Source: an uncultured Spirochaetota bacterium
GTDB lineage: Bacteria > Spirochaetota > Spirochaetia > SZUA-6 > Fen-1364
Length of the DNA: 64,000 nt
Direction of reading: 5' to 3'
Assembly (NCBI GenBank): GCA_963820525.1
Contig: CAWGAA010000003.1
Coordinates: 768,001-832,000, forward strand
Below the pieces are notes generated by a model. The model saw only the letters and a list, made by a program, of their open reading frames with translations. It did no database searches and was not told the origin of the DNA. Both the position numbers and the translations under genes were made by a program. Every line of letters begins with the position of its first letter. The stretch's first letter is position 1. Shown here piece by piece: positions 1 to 10,025 of the stretch.

Positions 1-2
1 CC

Positions 3-536
3 AACCAGAACGCCCTCACCGAGGAGCAGCCCCCGCTGCCGCCTCCCTCTCCCATCTCCGGAATAGGGGCTGAGGTTGCCCGGGTCATCTGGATCCTGGC
101 CCGCCTGTGGTACGTGACCCTGCCCGCACTCTATCTGCTGTACCTCCTCTCGGCGAAGCTCCTCCCCTCGCTTCCCGGCCTGCTCTTCGGCCCGCCGCGG
201 GCCCGGGCGCGCAGCCTCTACCGCCTCTCTCTCACCCTTCTCTACGGCATCGGAGCCACGCGGCGGTCCACCGAGTCTCCCCTGGAGTACGGATGCCGCG
301 TCGAGAGGGAGAAAGGGATCGAGCTTTCCCCACTCACCGACGGATACCTCAAGGCCGTGTTCGGCGGGAGCTTCACCGGGGAGGACCTTCGCGGCCAGCG
401 GGCCGCTCGCGCCCGCTTCCTGGCGTCCTATCGGGCGCGGGTGAACCCCGCCCTGCGGATCCTCGGCCTCCTCAACCCCTTGAACTCACTAAGCCTCTCG
501 ATCCGCGCCTGGCAGGCGGTCGGGGAGCGCCGCTGA
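3..536 (+). CDS. C-terminal part of a membrane protein (possibly transglutaminase/DUF4129-type), truncated at the window start
   Basis: Frame is open from position 3 (NQNALTEEQPP...) through a hydrophobic helix and an ESPLEYG motif to TGA 534-536, which overlaps the next ATG. Confidence 0.5.
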   Translation, partial: NQNALTEEQPPLPPPSPISGIGAEVARVIWILARLWYVTLPALYLLYLLSAKLLPSLPGLLFGPPRARARSLYRLSLTLLYGIGATRRSTESPLEYGCRVEREKGIELSPLTDGYLKAVFGGSFTGEDLRGQRAARARFLASYRARVNPALRILGLLNPLNSLSLSIRAWQAVGERR

Positions 537-2329
537 TGAGGCGCCCGTCGGTTTGCCTCCTCCTTCTGCTTCTCTTCACAGCGACGGTTGTTTCCGCCCA
601 GGCGGGAGCGGTGGGATCGCTGGACTGGTACGATTCAGAGGCGAAGCAGGCCATCTCCCAGAGCAACTATGAGACCGCCGTGCGCATCCTCACCGAGGCG
701 AAAGGGAAATTTCCCGACGCCTCCAAGATCAACCTGGAGCTGGCCGACCTCTACTACGACAAGGAGCTGTACCCGCTGGCGCTCGACGAGTATCGCGATG
801 CCGAGAAAAAGGGAAGCGAAGACTTCCACACCCTCAACCAGATCGCCAGATCGTACGGCAAGCTCAACAGGGAAAAGGACTCCATCGGGTACCTCACCCG
901 CATCCTCTCCCTCTATCCCGACAGCGTGGAGACCATCGACGATCTAGGCTGGATGTACTTCAAGACCTTCCAGCTGGAGAAGGGGGAGAAGATCCTGCTC
1001 GCCGGGATCAAGAAGTTCGGCTTGCAGCGCAACATGGCCATGACCCTCGGCACGATCTACTCCGGGATGAACAACTACGACCGCTCGCGCGAGTACTACC
1101 TCAAGTCGATCGACGACGCCCTGTCGGCCAACGACCGGTATTTCGCCTCGATCGCCTACTACAACCTCTCGCTGCTGGAAGAGAGCTTCTACCACTACAA
1201 CTCGGCCCTCGCCTTCACGGAGGATTCCGTCTTCATGGAGGATCGCGCTTCCGGCCACCTTGCCCGCGGGGAGCTCATCCAGTCACGGATGGACTTCCGC
1301 GGGGCGCTGGAGGAATACCAGAAGGCCTTCGAGCGCGACTCCACGCCCCTCACGCGCGTCAACCTCGCCATCCTGCACCGGCTCTTCGGTCACCTGGAGC
1401 TCGCCCGCCGCTACGCCGAGGAGGCGTTCGGCACCAAGGATCTGGCCTGGATGCTGTACTATGGCACCGACGTGTCCCGCCACTACAAGGACTTGAGCGA
1501 GATCCTGAGCGATGTCTACCGGGGGCTTTCCCGCGTGGAAGCCACGCGGCCGACGGCGGGCCCCTTCGACCGCGTTGCCGCCCTCGCCGTCTCCCTCAGG
1601 GACCGCGTCATCTCCTGGTACTACGCCCAGAGATTCCGTCTCTACTCCCTCGCCATCGGCAAGCAATATATGGCCGAAGGAAGGTGGGAGGAGGCCTCCT
1701 GGGAGTTCTACAAGGCGAGCCAACCGTATCGGGAGGTGGCGGCGACATACCTTGCCAAGGCGCGAGCCCTGGAAACGGCCCGCACCCCCCACGCCGAGCC
1801 CTTCTACCTCCAGGAGGAAGGCAAGCTGCGGGGCTCGGTTGAGCTTCTCACCAGGTCGATTGCGGGCTTCGATCCCTTCTGGGAGCGGGAAGCCACGGCG
1901 GACTCCCTCACCACCCTGGCCCCCCTGCTGGCCCGCCGCGGGGAGACTGCAGCCCGACGGGATGCGCTGAACCGGCTCTACGACATCAACCCCGGCGCGT
2001 TCCGCCAGGAAGCGCTCGGGCTCCCCCTTTCCCTCCAGATGCCCGAGAATCTCTGGGGGGGATGGGAAAAAGCCCTGATTGTCCGATACTTGAAGAGGGC
2101 GGGCTCCGAGATCGTCGAGTCCCGGGCCGGCGGGTCGCCCCCGCCGTCGGGGTTCCGGTACGCTCTGTCGCTCAGCCTCCAGGCCGAGGGGAAGGCGCGC
2201 TACGCCCTGACGGACGTCCATTCCGGACAGGTCCTGGTGGAGAACAGCCGCCGGCTTTCCGGCGGCGTCTTCAAGCGGTGCGCCGCCCTCGTGCAGGGGA
2301 TTCTTGATGATTTATATAAGGTTCAATAG
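536..2329 (+). CDS. Secreted tetratricopeptide-repeat protein
   Basis: ATG at 536 is coupled to the upstream stop (TGATG). Signal peptide MRRPSVCLLLLLLF..SAQA followed by multiple TPR-like repeats. Confidence 0.8.
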   Translation: MRRPSVCLLLLLLFTATVVSAQAGAVGSLDWYDSEAKQAISQSNYETAVRILTEAKGKFPDASKINLELADLYYDKELYPLALDEYRDAEKKGSEDFHTLNQIARSYGKLNREKDSIGYLTRILSLYPDSVETIDDLGWMYFKTFQLEKGEKILLAGIKKFGLQRNMAMTLGTIYSGMNNYDRSREYYLKSIDDALSANDRYFASIAYYNLSLLEESFYHYNSALAFTEDSVFMEDRASGHLARGELIQSRMDFRGALEEYQKAFERDSTPLTRVNLAILHRLFGHLELARRYAEEAFGTKDLAWMLYYGTDVSRHYKDLSEILSDVYRGLSRVEATRPTAGPFDRVAALAVSLRDRVISWYYAQRFRLYSLAIGKQYMAEGRWEEASWEFYKASQPYREVAATYLAKARALETARTPHAEPFYLQEEGKLRGSVELLTRSIAGFDPFWEREATADSLTTLAPLLARRGETAARRDALNRLYDINPGAFRQEALGLPLSLQMPENLWGGWEKALIVRYLKRAGSEIVESRAGGSPPPSGFRYALSLSLQAEGKARYALTDVHSGQVLVENSRRLSGGVFKRCAALVQGILDDLYKVQ

Positions 2330-2366
2330 ATTCTTCTTTGAGGGGAGATAGAGTGAGGAAGGTGCA

Positions 2367-4313
2367 ATGCGCAAGTTGATCCTAAAGGTTTCAGAAAAGG
2401 TTCCGGAGCTTCCCACTCCCGTGCTCAAGGAATCCACCCTTAGCGTGAAACGGGTGAAGAAGCTCACCCCTCAGGCGGATGGAATCTCCGCGTATCTGGT
2501 GGACAGGCAATTCCTCGAGCAGAACGCCCAGGCGCTCAAGGGCGGAGGTCTCGCGCCCGGCTCCCTTTTGATATGGAACCCGGGGGGTGAAAAGAAGCTC
2601 CCCCCGGATCTGGTCCCCGAGGAGCTGGTCTACGACGAGGTGCTGTCCTTCAAACACCCCGCGCATTTCCTTCGAACCCTCCGAAACCTCTATCGAAGGC
2701 AGTTTTTAGAGAAAGAGCTCGCCCACAAGGAGCAGCTCCTCAAGGCCAAGGAGGACGAGAACGCGGAGCTTTTGGGCGTCGGGATAGCGCTTTCGGCTGA
2801 GCGGGACAATGACAAGCTGTTGAATTTCATCCTGTGGCAGCTTCGGCAAATCACCTGCGCGGATGCCGGCACCCTCTACCTGCTGGAGCGCGACGAGTCC
2901 ACCGGCGAGCAGAGGATGCATTTCAAGATCACGCAGAACGACTCCAACCCCTCGGACTACGACGAGTTCGTGATGCCGCTCTCCAAGAAAACGATATCGG
3001 GCTACGTCGCCTCGACGGCCAGGCCGCTCAACATAGAAGACGCCTACAAGATCCCCTCGGACAGGGAGTATGCGTTCAACAAGAACGTCGACGCCTCCAC
3101 GGGCTACCGGTGCAAGAGCATGCTCACGGTTCCCATGCAGGACCACAAGGGGGAGGTCCTCGGGGTCATCCAGCTCATCAACAGGAAAAAGAACATCGAT
3201 GTACGCATCGGCAAGCCGGAGGACGCCGAGAGGCTGGTGGTGCCCTTCTCGAGCGACATGGAGCCGATCGTGCTCTCCCTCGCGTCCCAGGCCGCAGTGT
3301 CCCTCGAGAACAACATGCTCTACGAGGAGATCGAGACCCTCTTCGAGGGGTTCGTGAAAGCGTCCGTGCTGGCCATCGAGTCCCGGGACCCCACCACCTT
3401 CGGCCATTCCAACAGGGTGGCCATCTACACGGTCGGGCTCGCCCAGGCCGTGGACAGGGCGGGCTTCGGCGCCTACAAGGACATCCACTTCACGGCGGAT
3501 CATTTGAAGGAGATCCGCTACGCCAGCCTCCTGCACGACTTCGGCAAGGTCGGCGTGCGCGAGAACGTCCTGGTGAAGGCCAAGAAGCTCTACCCCGGCC
3601 AGCTCGACCTGCTGAAGATGCGCTTCGCTTACATCCAGAAGGCCGTGATGTACTCCCTGCTCAAGGAGAGATTCGACGCGCTGTGCAACAGCGGGTTGGA
3701 GGGCTACCTGAAGATCAAGGCGGATTTCGACAAGAGGGAAGAGCAGTACCTGGCCGAGATCGACGGATACCTCAAGACAATCGTTTCAGCCAACGAGCCC
3801 CCGGTCCTGGCCGAAGAGCCTTCACGGATTCTCGACGAGATCCACGGCAAGACCTTCCTGGAAAAGGGCGGCCAGGCGCTTCCCTTCCTCACCGACGACG
3901 AGTACATCAAGCTGAAGATCCCCCGGGGAAGCCTCGACGAGCAGGAGAGGAAGGAGATCGAGAACCACGTGACGCACACATTCCTGTTCCTGCGCACCAT
4001 CCCGTGGACAAAGGAGATGAAAAATATCCCGGCCATTGCGTACGGCCACCACGAGATGCTCGACGGCAACGGCTATCCCCGGAAAATCCCCGCGGCCGAG
4101 ATCCCCGTCCAGACGCGCATGATGACGGTGAGCGACATCTATGATGCCCTCACGGCGTCCGATCGTCCCTACAAAAAGATAACCCCCCCGCAGAGGGCCC
4201 TCGACATCCTCTGCGCGATGGTCGACGAGCATAAGCTCGACGCTGACCTCGTGAAGCTCTTCATCGAAGCGAAGGTCTGGGAGAAGAAGCCCGAGCCGTC
4301 GAGAGCGGGCTAG
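2367..4313 (+). CDS. GAF + HD-GYP domain c-di-GMP phosphodiesterase
   Basis: GAF region (ADAGTLYL..TGYRCKSMLTVPM..GVIQLIN), LHDFGK, HHEMLDGNGYP and DIYDALT motifs. Confidence 0.9.
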   Translation: MRKLILKVSEKVPELPTPVLKESTLSVKRVKKLTPQADGISAYLVDRQFLEQNAQALKGGGLAPGSLLIWNPGGEKKLPPDLVPEELVYDEVLSFKHPAHFLRTLRNLYRRQFLEKELAHKEQLLKAKEDENAELLGVGIALSAERDNDKLLNFILWQLRQITCADAGTLYLLERDESTGEQRMHFKITQNDSNPSDYDEFVMPLSKKTISGYVASTARPLNIEDAYKIPSDREYAFNKNVDASTGYRCKSMLTVPMQDHKGEVLGVIQLINRKKNIDVRIGKPEDAERLVVPFSSDMEPIVLSLASQAAVSLENNMLYEEIETLFEGFVKASVLAIESRDPTTFGHSNRVAIYTVGLAQAVDRAGFGAYKDIHFTADHLKEIRYASLLHDFGKVGVRENVLVKAKKLYPGQLDLLKMRFAYIQKAVMYSLLKERFDALCNSGLEGYLKIKADFDKREEQYLAEIDGYLKTIVSANEPPVLAEEPSRILDEIHGKTFLEKGGQALPFLTDDEYIKLKIPRGSLDEQERKEIENHVTHTFLFLRTIPWTKEMKNIPAIAYGHHEMLDGNGYPRKIPAAEIPVQTRMMTVSDIYDALTASDRPYKKITPPQRALDILCAMVDEHKLDADLVKLFIEAKVWEKKPEPSRAG

Positions 4314-5317
4314 CGGCCGGACAGTTTCACGATCTCGTCCTGCGGCGATGATCTCAAGCGCTCCCTCTTTCCGCCCCGCTCGAGCATCACACCCTCGCCT
4401 TTCGGCCTGATCTCCCCGATGAGGGATGCGGGAATGCCGCGGGCTTTCAGGAGCGCGCAGGCGCGCTCGGCGACGTTCGGCGCCGCGGTGAAGAGAAAGA
4501 CGCCGGAGCTCAGGAGGCCCAGGGGGTCCAGCCCGAAATGCCGGCACAAGAGAGACGTCTCCTCCCGGATGGGGAGGGATTCGAGGGAAATGAAGGCGCC
4601 CACCTCGCTTCGGGCGCACACCTCGTGAACGCCCATTGCAAGCCCGCCCTCGGTGGGATCGTGACCGCTTGAAAGCTCCACGCCTTCGAGCGTCTTGCCT
4701 TCCTCTACGATGGAGATTCCCGGGTTTTCCAGCCATGCGAGCACGGAGCGGTATCTCTCGGACCCCAGCACCCGCTCCGATTCCGCGGGCCTTTCGCGGG
4801 CGATCAGCGTCGTTCCTTCCAGCCCCACCCACTTCGTCATGCCGATGACATCGCCGGGCTTGGCGCCCCCCGTCAAAAGCGGGGCGCGGGAGAGAAATCC
4901 CACGGCATGCCCCGAGACCACGATCCGGCTCACCGCCGAGGTCACCTCCGTATGCCCCCCAACCCAGAGGATCTCCGCCTTGGCGCAGGCCTCCGCGATC
5001 TCGGCGAACACCCTCTCGCAGCGCTCCGCGGTGGTTCCCGGCGGAAGCAGGATGGTCGTGGTGAGGTACATGGGCCGGCCGCCCATGGCAACGACGTCGT
5101 TGGCGTTGACCGCCACGGCATACGCGCCGATCCGCTCCTCCGTGAACGTGATGGGATCCGCCGTGAGCACAATGGTTTCGGCCCCCGCGGCCACGGCCGC
5201 GTCCTCGCCGCACGCCGCGCCGACGCTTAAAAGCGGGGAACGGGAGGTGTAGCCGAGAAGCCGCTCGAGGATTTCAGGGGGCAGCTTCCCTTCCTCAAGG
5301 CGCCGAGTATCCTTCAT
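4310..5317 (-). CDS. AIR synthase/HypE-like family protein
   Basis: GKLP, GEDAAV, TADPIT, NANDVVAMGG, GGHTEV and HDPTEGG motifs. Confidence 0.85.
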   Translation of the reverse strand: MKDTRRLEEGKLPPEILERLLGYTSRSPLLSVGAACGEDAAVAAGAETIVLTADPITFTEERIGAYAVAVNANDVVAMGGRPMYLTTTILLPPGTTAERCERVFAEIAEACAKAEILWVGGHTEVTSAVSRIVVSGHAVGFLSRAPLLTGGAKPGDVIGMTKWVGLEGTTLIARERPAESERVLGSERYRSVLAWLENPGISIVEEGKTLEGVELSSGHDPTEGGLAMGVHEVCARSEVGAFISLESLPIREETSLLCRHFGLDPLGLLSSGVFLFTAAPNVAERACALLKARGIPASLIGEIRPKGEGVMLERGGKRERLRSSPQDEIVKLSGR

Positions 5318-5401
5318 TGAGCACAAGGATCGGAGATTGGGGCCGTTCGGTCAAGCCGCCGGCTTGAAACTCCACCCGCCCGCGGGCTACAATAGAACAG
5401 T

Positions 5402-6205
5402 ATGGCGAAAACGCGGGTCCAGGAATACGTGGAGAAGTATGCCGACCAGTCGATCCGCTTCACGCCGCACGCTCTGAAAAAAACGGGCCTCGTCCAGTCC
5501 CAGGTTTTCCTGATTATCCAAGACTACCACCTGATCTGCGCTCCCTACCAGATCTCCATGAGCCGCGCGCTCTTCCTCGTCGTCCTGAGCCCCCAGGAGA
5601 TCGTCTTCTTCCAGCAGTTCCAGAAGAAGATCTGTTCGATCAACCTCACCTTCCAGAACACGCAGGACCGGAAGCCCATAACCCTGCTCATCCGCGCCAC
5701 CCTGGATCGCGTGGGGCCCCTTAAGGGAAGGCAGAACGTCTGCATTATGGACACCGCAATCAGGAGCTGCCCGAACGACCTGGTGGAGATCATCGGCAAC
5801 TACATCACGGCCTCGGCCGCCCTGAAATCCCAGTACGAGGCCTTCCAGGACAAGCGGATCACGGTGGACGAGACGAGCTCCCGCTTGATGCGCTTCAACA
5901 ACTACTGCGAGCTCGTGGTGGGGGCAGCCAAGACCCGCGCCACCCTCCTCTCGTTTTCCGTGACCAGCCTCCTCCTGCGTCCATCCATCGAGATCCCGGG
6001 GCTGGAGGTGGGGGCCTCCTGTTCGGCGCGCCTCTACTTCCAGATCTACCAGTTCACGGTGAACGGGAAGATCGCCGGCGTGGAGAGAGACCCCCGCGGC
6101 CAGAGCCTGGTGACGATGATCATCGATTTCGCCCCCGAGCTGATCGAGATCGTCGACGATTACTTCTACAGGGAGACCATGCAGGGGAGGCCGAAAAATC
6201 CCTGA
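5402..6205 (+). CDS. PilZ-domain protein (spirochaete PlzA-like, possibly degenerate)
   Basis: N-terminal domain resembles spirochaete PilZ proteins; C-terminal beta-rich PilZ-like region follows 'QDKRITV'. Confidence 0.6.
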   Translation: MAKTRVQEYVEKYADQSIRFTPHALKKTGLVQSQVFLIIQDYHLICAPYQISMSRALFLVVLSPQEIVFFQQFQKKICSINLTFQNTQDRKPITLLIRATLDRVGPLKGRQNVCIMDTAIRSCPNDLVEIIGNYITASAALKSQYEAFQDKRITVDETSSRLMRFNNYCELVVGAAKTRATLLSFSVTSLLLRPSIEIPGLEVGASCSARLYFQIYQFTVNGKIAGVERDPRGQSLVTMIIDFAPELIEIVDDYFYRETMQGRPKNP

Positions 6206-6212
6206 CGCCGGT

Positions 6213-7727
6213 GTGGCAGCCCCCGATCCCATCCAGGAGCTTGCCGCCCGGGAGTTCGGCATCCCGTACCTCTACCCGATCCAGCGCTTCGTCATCTCCA
6301 ACATCCTGGAGGGCATACCCCAGATCGTGGTCCTCCCCACGGGATCGGGAAAATCGCTGTGCTTCCAGCTCCCATCCCTCGCCCTTCCCGGCCCGACGCT
6401 CGTCATTATCCCCCTCCTCTCCCTGATGGCGGACCAGGTGCGAAAGCTCACGGCCGCCAAAGCCCCGGTTGCGGCCCTCCGGGGGGGCATGTCGGCCGCG
6501 GAGAAGAAAGACCTGTTCCGGGGCATACGCGCGGGAGCAGTCCGGATCGTTTTCGCGACACCCGAGGCATGCCTCGTCCCGCGAACCGAGGCCGAGCTCG
6601 CGGCGTGCGCCTTCTCCCACCTCGTGGTTGACGAAGCCCACTGCATCTCGGAGTGGGGTGAAAGCTTCCGGCCCGTATACCGGGAGCTCGGCGCCCTCGC
6701 GCTGCGGCTCGGCATCCCGCTGATCACCGCATTCACGGCCACCGCCTCCGTGAAAGTCATTGAGAAGATCACGGCCATGCTCTTTGCCGGCATGGAGGTG
6801 AGGGTCGTCGCAGCCGCGCCAGACAGGCCGAACATCTTCTATCGCGTCATGCCGGCGCTGTGCAGGCTTCACGTCATCGTGCGCCTGTTGGGAAACCGCC
6901 CCGGCCCCACCCTTGTGTTCTGCCGCTCCCGAAAGGAAACCGAACTCGCCGCCCGCAGCCTTGCCAGACGCGTCCCATCGCGTGAGGTTTTCTTCTACCA
7001 CGCGGGGCTCACCGCTTTGGAGCGGAATCGCGTCGAGCGATGGTTCCTGGACTCGAGGGATGGGATGCTGTGCGCCACCTCGGCCTATGGCATGGGCGTG
7101 GACAAGCCCGACATCCGCACGGTGATCCACGCAAGCGTCCCTCCGTCGGTGGAGGCCTACCTGCAGGAGACGGGGAGGGCCGGTAGGGACGGCGAGCCCG
7201 CCGAGGCGATCCAGCTTGTCACGCGGGAAGACGAGCTGTTCCTCGCCACGCTCTCGGGCGAGGTGGAGAGGCAGAGGTATGCGGCGATGCTGGGATACGC
7301 GTTTTCGCGCGGAGAGTGCCGCAGGCAGCTCCTCCTCTCCTCCATCGGCCAGGAGGCTTCGGCCTGCTCCGGCTGCGACGTCTGCGACGCGAGCGCGGAG
7401 AACGAGCCCGAGGGGGCCAAAGAGATCGTCGGCTTCGTGAGACGGAACAGGCGGAGGTTCACGCCCGTGCTGGCCGCCGAGATCCTCTGCGGCGCTCGCA
7501 GTCCCCGCGTGGCGCGGGGATTTCTCGATTCCACTCCCGGCTATGGCCTGCTCCATGGGTGGAAAACCGAGGACATCGAGGAGGCGATAACGGAGCTTGT
7601 CGCATCCGGTGCGCTTCGTCTTCTTCGCTGGGGGCAGTGGGTGGGGAGGCTGTCCGCGCAGCGCGCGCCCGCCCTTGAACCGGCCCCTCATGCGTGCTAC
7701 ACTTTTTCATCCCTTTTGAAGTACTGA
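6213..7727 (+). CDS. recQ: RecQ-family ATP-dependent DNA helicase
   Basis: PTGSGKS, DEAHCISEWG, TATA, YHAGL, GMGVDKPDIR and QETGRAGRDG motifs; Zn-binding CRR..CSGCDVC. Confidence 0.9.
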   Translation: MAAPDPIQELAAREFGIPYLYPIQRFVISNILEGIPQIVVLPTGSGKSLCFQLPSLALPGPTLVIIPLLSLMADQVRKLTAAKAPVAALRGGMSAAEKKDLFRGIRAGAVRIVFATPEACLVPRTEAELAACAFSHLVVDEAHCISEWGESFRPVYRELGALALRLGIPLITAFTATASVKVIEKITAMLFAGMEVRVVAAAPDRPNIFYRVMPALCRLHVIVRLLGNRPGPTLVFCRSRKETELAARSLARRVPSREVFFYHAGLTALERNRVERWFLDSRDGMLCATSAYGMGVDKPDIRTVIHASVPPSVEAYLQETGRAGRDGEPAEAIQLVTREDELFLATLSGEVERQRYAAMLGYAFSRGECRRQLLLSSIGQEASACSGCDVCDASAENEPEGAKEIVGFVRRNRRRFTPVLAAEILCGARSPRVARGFLDSTPGYGLLHGWKTEDIEEAITELVASGALRLLRWGQWVGRLSAQRAPALEPAPHACYTFSSLLKY

Positions 7728-7765
7728 AGCCCGGAATGTGGCAACGGTTGATGTAAGGAGACCGC

Positions 7766-8263
7766 ATGGAGCAGGCATTCAATGCTCTCCTGGGCGAGTG
7801 GAAGTCCGTCAAAGGCAACGTCATTCCCCTTTTGCAAAAGACCCAGGAGCTCTTCGGCTATCTCCCCGTGGAGGCCATGCGCGACATCGCCCGGGTCACG
7901 GGGAAAACGCCCGCTGAAGTCTACGGCGTCGCAACCTTCTATGCCCAGTTCCGCTTCACGCCCAGGGGAAAGCACCTGATCAAGGTATGCCACGGAACCG
8001 CCTGTCACGTGCAGGGCGCGGATTCGATGGACACGGTGCTGGAGACCGCGATCGGCGCCAAGGCGGGAGAGACGACCGCGGACGGCCTTTTCTCCGTGGA
8101 GCGAGTGGCCTGCCTCGGCTGCTGCTCCCTGGCGCCGGTGGTCATGATAGACGGCGAGGTGTATGGACGGCTCACCGGAGCAAAGCTGGGAAAAATTGTC
8201 GCGGCGGTGGGGGGGCGGAAAGTGAGCGCCCGAGCCGAAGCGGCCGCGGAGGGCGCAAAGTGA
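7766..8263 (+). CDS. NuoE/HydC-like 2Fe-2S subunit
   Basis: VATFYAQF, VCHGTACHV and CLGCCSLAP motifs. Confidence 0.9.
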   Translation: MEQAFNALLGEWKSVKGNVIPLLQKTQELFGYLPVEAMRDIARVTGKTPAEVYGVATFYAQFRFTPRGKHLIKVCHGTACHVQGADSMDTVLETAIGAKAGETTADGLFSVERVACLGCCSLAPVVMIDGEVYGRLTGAKLGKIVAAVGGRKVSARAEAAAEGAK

Positions 8264-10025
8264 GCGCGCGCGCCGAGATCGCCGTCGGAATGAGCTCGTG
8301 CGGCATTGCGGCGGGCGCCCGCGCCGTGTTCGACGCCTTGGGCAGGGAAGTTTCGCGGAGAGGCCTCCCGTGGGCGGTGGCCTCCACGGGGTGCAACGGA
8401 GCCTGCCACGCGGAACCGCTGGTGGAGGTGCGCCGGGACGGCGAGCGGTTCCTCTATGCAAACATTGACGAGGCAAAGGCGCTTCGGATCGTTGAAAGCC
8501 ACCTCGCGGGGGGAACGCCCGTCACGGAGCTTCTCATCCCCCCGGACTACCCCTACCTCGCTATGCAGAAACGGATCGTGCTCGCCAACTGCGGGCTCAT
8601 AGACCCCGAGTCCATAGACCAGTATATCGAGCGGGACGGGTATTCGGCGCTGCGCAAGGCGCTCTTTTCCATGACGCCCGGGGGGGTGATCGAGGAGGTG
8701 AAGTCCTCGGGCCTTCGCGGAAGGGGCGGGGCTGGCTTCTCCGCCGGGCAGAAGTGGGTATTCGCGCGCGACGCAAAGGGAGAGCGCAAGTTCGTCATCT
8801 GCAATGCCGACGAGGGGGACCCCGGGGCCTTCATGGACCGTTCGGTGCTCGAGGGGACCCGCACGAGGTGCTGGAGGGAATGCTGATCGCGGCCTATGCC
8901 ATCGGCGCCCAGGAAGGCTACATCTACGTGCGCGCCGAGTACCCCCTGGCCATCACGCGCATTCGCATCGCGCTGGAGCAGATGGAGGGGAAAGCTCTCC
9001 TGGGCGAGCGGATCCTCGGCTCCGAGTTCGCCTTCCGCCTCCACATCAAGGAGGGCGCAGGGGCGTTCGTCTGCGGAGAGGAAACCGCCCTCATGGGCTC
9101 CATCGAGGGAAGGCGCGGCATGCCCAACCTGAGGCCCCCCTACCCCGCGGTGCGCGGCCTGTGGGGCTGCCCGACAAACATCAACAACGTGGAGACCTAT
9201 GCGAACATCCCCTCGATAATCCGCATGGGCGGCGCCCGCTTCGCCGGCCTGGGAACGGAGAAGAGCAAGGGCACCAAGATCTTCGCCCTGGCGGGAAAGA
9301 TCAAGCGCGGCGGGATGATCGAGGTCCCCATGGGGATCAGCCTGCGCCGGATCATCTACGACATCGGCGGGGGCATCCAGGGGGACCATGCCTTCAAGGC
9401 AGTCCAGATGGGAGGGCCTTCGGGAGGGTGCATTCCATCGAGCCTTGCCGACGTTCTCATCGACTATGACTCGCTCACCGCCACCGGCGCGATCATGGGA
9501 TCCGGCGGAATGGTGGTCATGGACGATTCCACCTGCATGGTGGACATCGCGCGCTACTTCCTTTCCTTCATCCAGAGCGAATCATGCGGGAAGTGCACCT
9601 TCTGCCGCATCGGCACGAAACGGATGCTGGAGATCCTCACGCGCATCACGGAGGGCAGGGGCGAGGAGACGGACATCGGGGAGCTGGAGGAGCTGGCGGA
9701 AAAGGTGAAGGTTTCCTCGCTGTGCGGTCTCGGCCAGACGGCCCCCAACCCCGTCCTGACGACCCTGCGCTTCTTCCGCTCGGAGTACGACGAGCACATC
9801 AGGAACAAGCGCTGTCCCGCCAAGAAATGCAAGGCCCTTATCCGCTTCGGCGTGAATGCGGAGAGCTGCACGGGCTGCACCCTCTGCGTCAAGGTCTGCC
9901 CCACAAAAGCGGCGCGAGGGGAGAGGAAGAAGGCCCATTGGATAGACCAGGAGACCTGCATCCGCTGCGGCCTGTGTCTGGAGGCATGCCGGTTCGACGC
10001 GATCAAGGTCGCAACCGGACCATGA
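8260..10025 (+). CDS. NuoF/HydB-like FMN/NADH-binding subunit, frameshifted at ~8853-8856
   Basis: GTG at 8260 overlaps the upstream TGA. N-terminal thioredoxin-like FeS domain, [25 protein letters not shown], then [22 protein letters not shown] and a C-terminal 2x[4Fe-4S] in another frame. One extra G in GAGGGGACCC restores EGDPH. Confidence 0.9.

Noticed and set aside
8840..8870. Programmed ribosomal frameshift in the NuoF-like gene
   Set aside because: There is no canonical slippery heptamer; a homopolymer indel error is simpler.
9584..10021. N-terminal extension of the 1186-aa ORF
   Set aside because: It overlaps the NuoF-like gene in another frame; the coupled ATG at 10022 is the plausible start.
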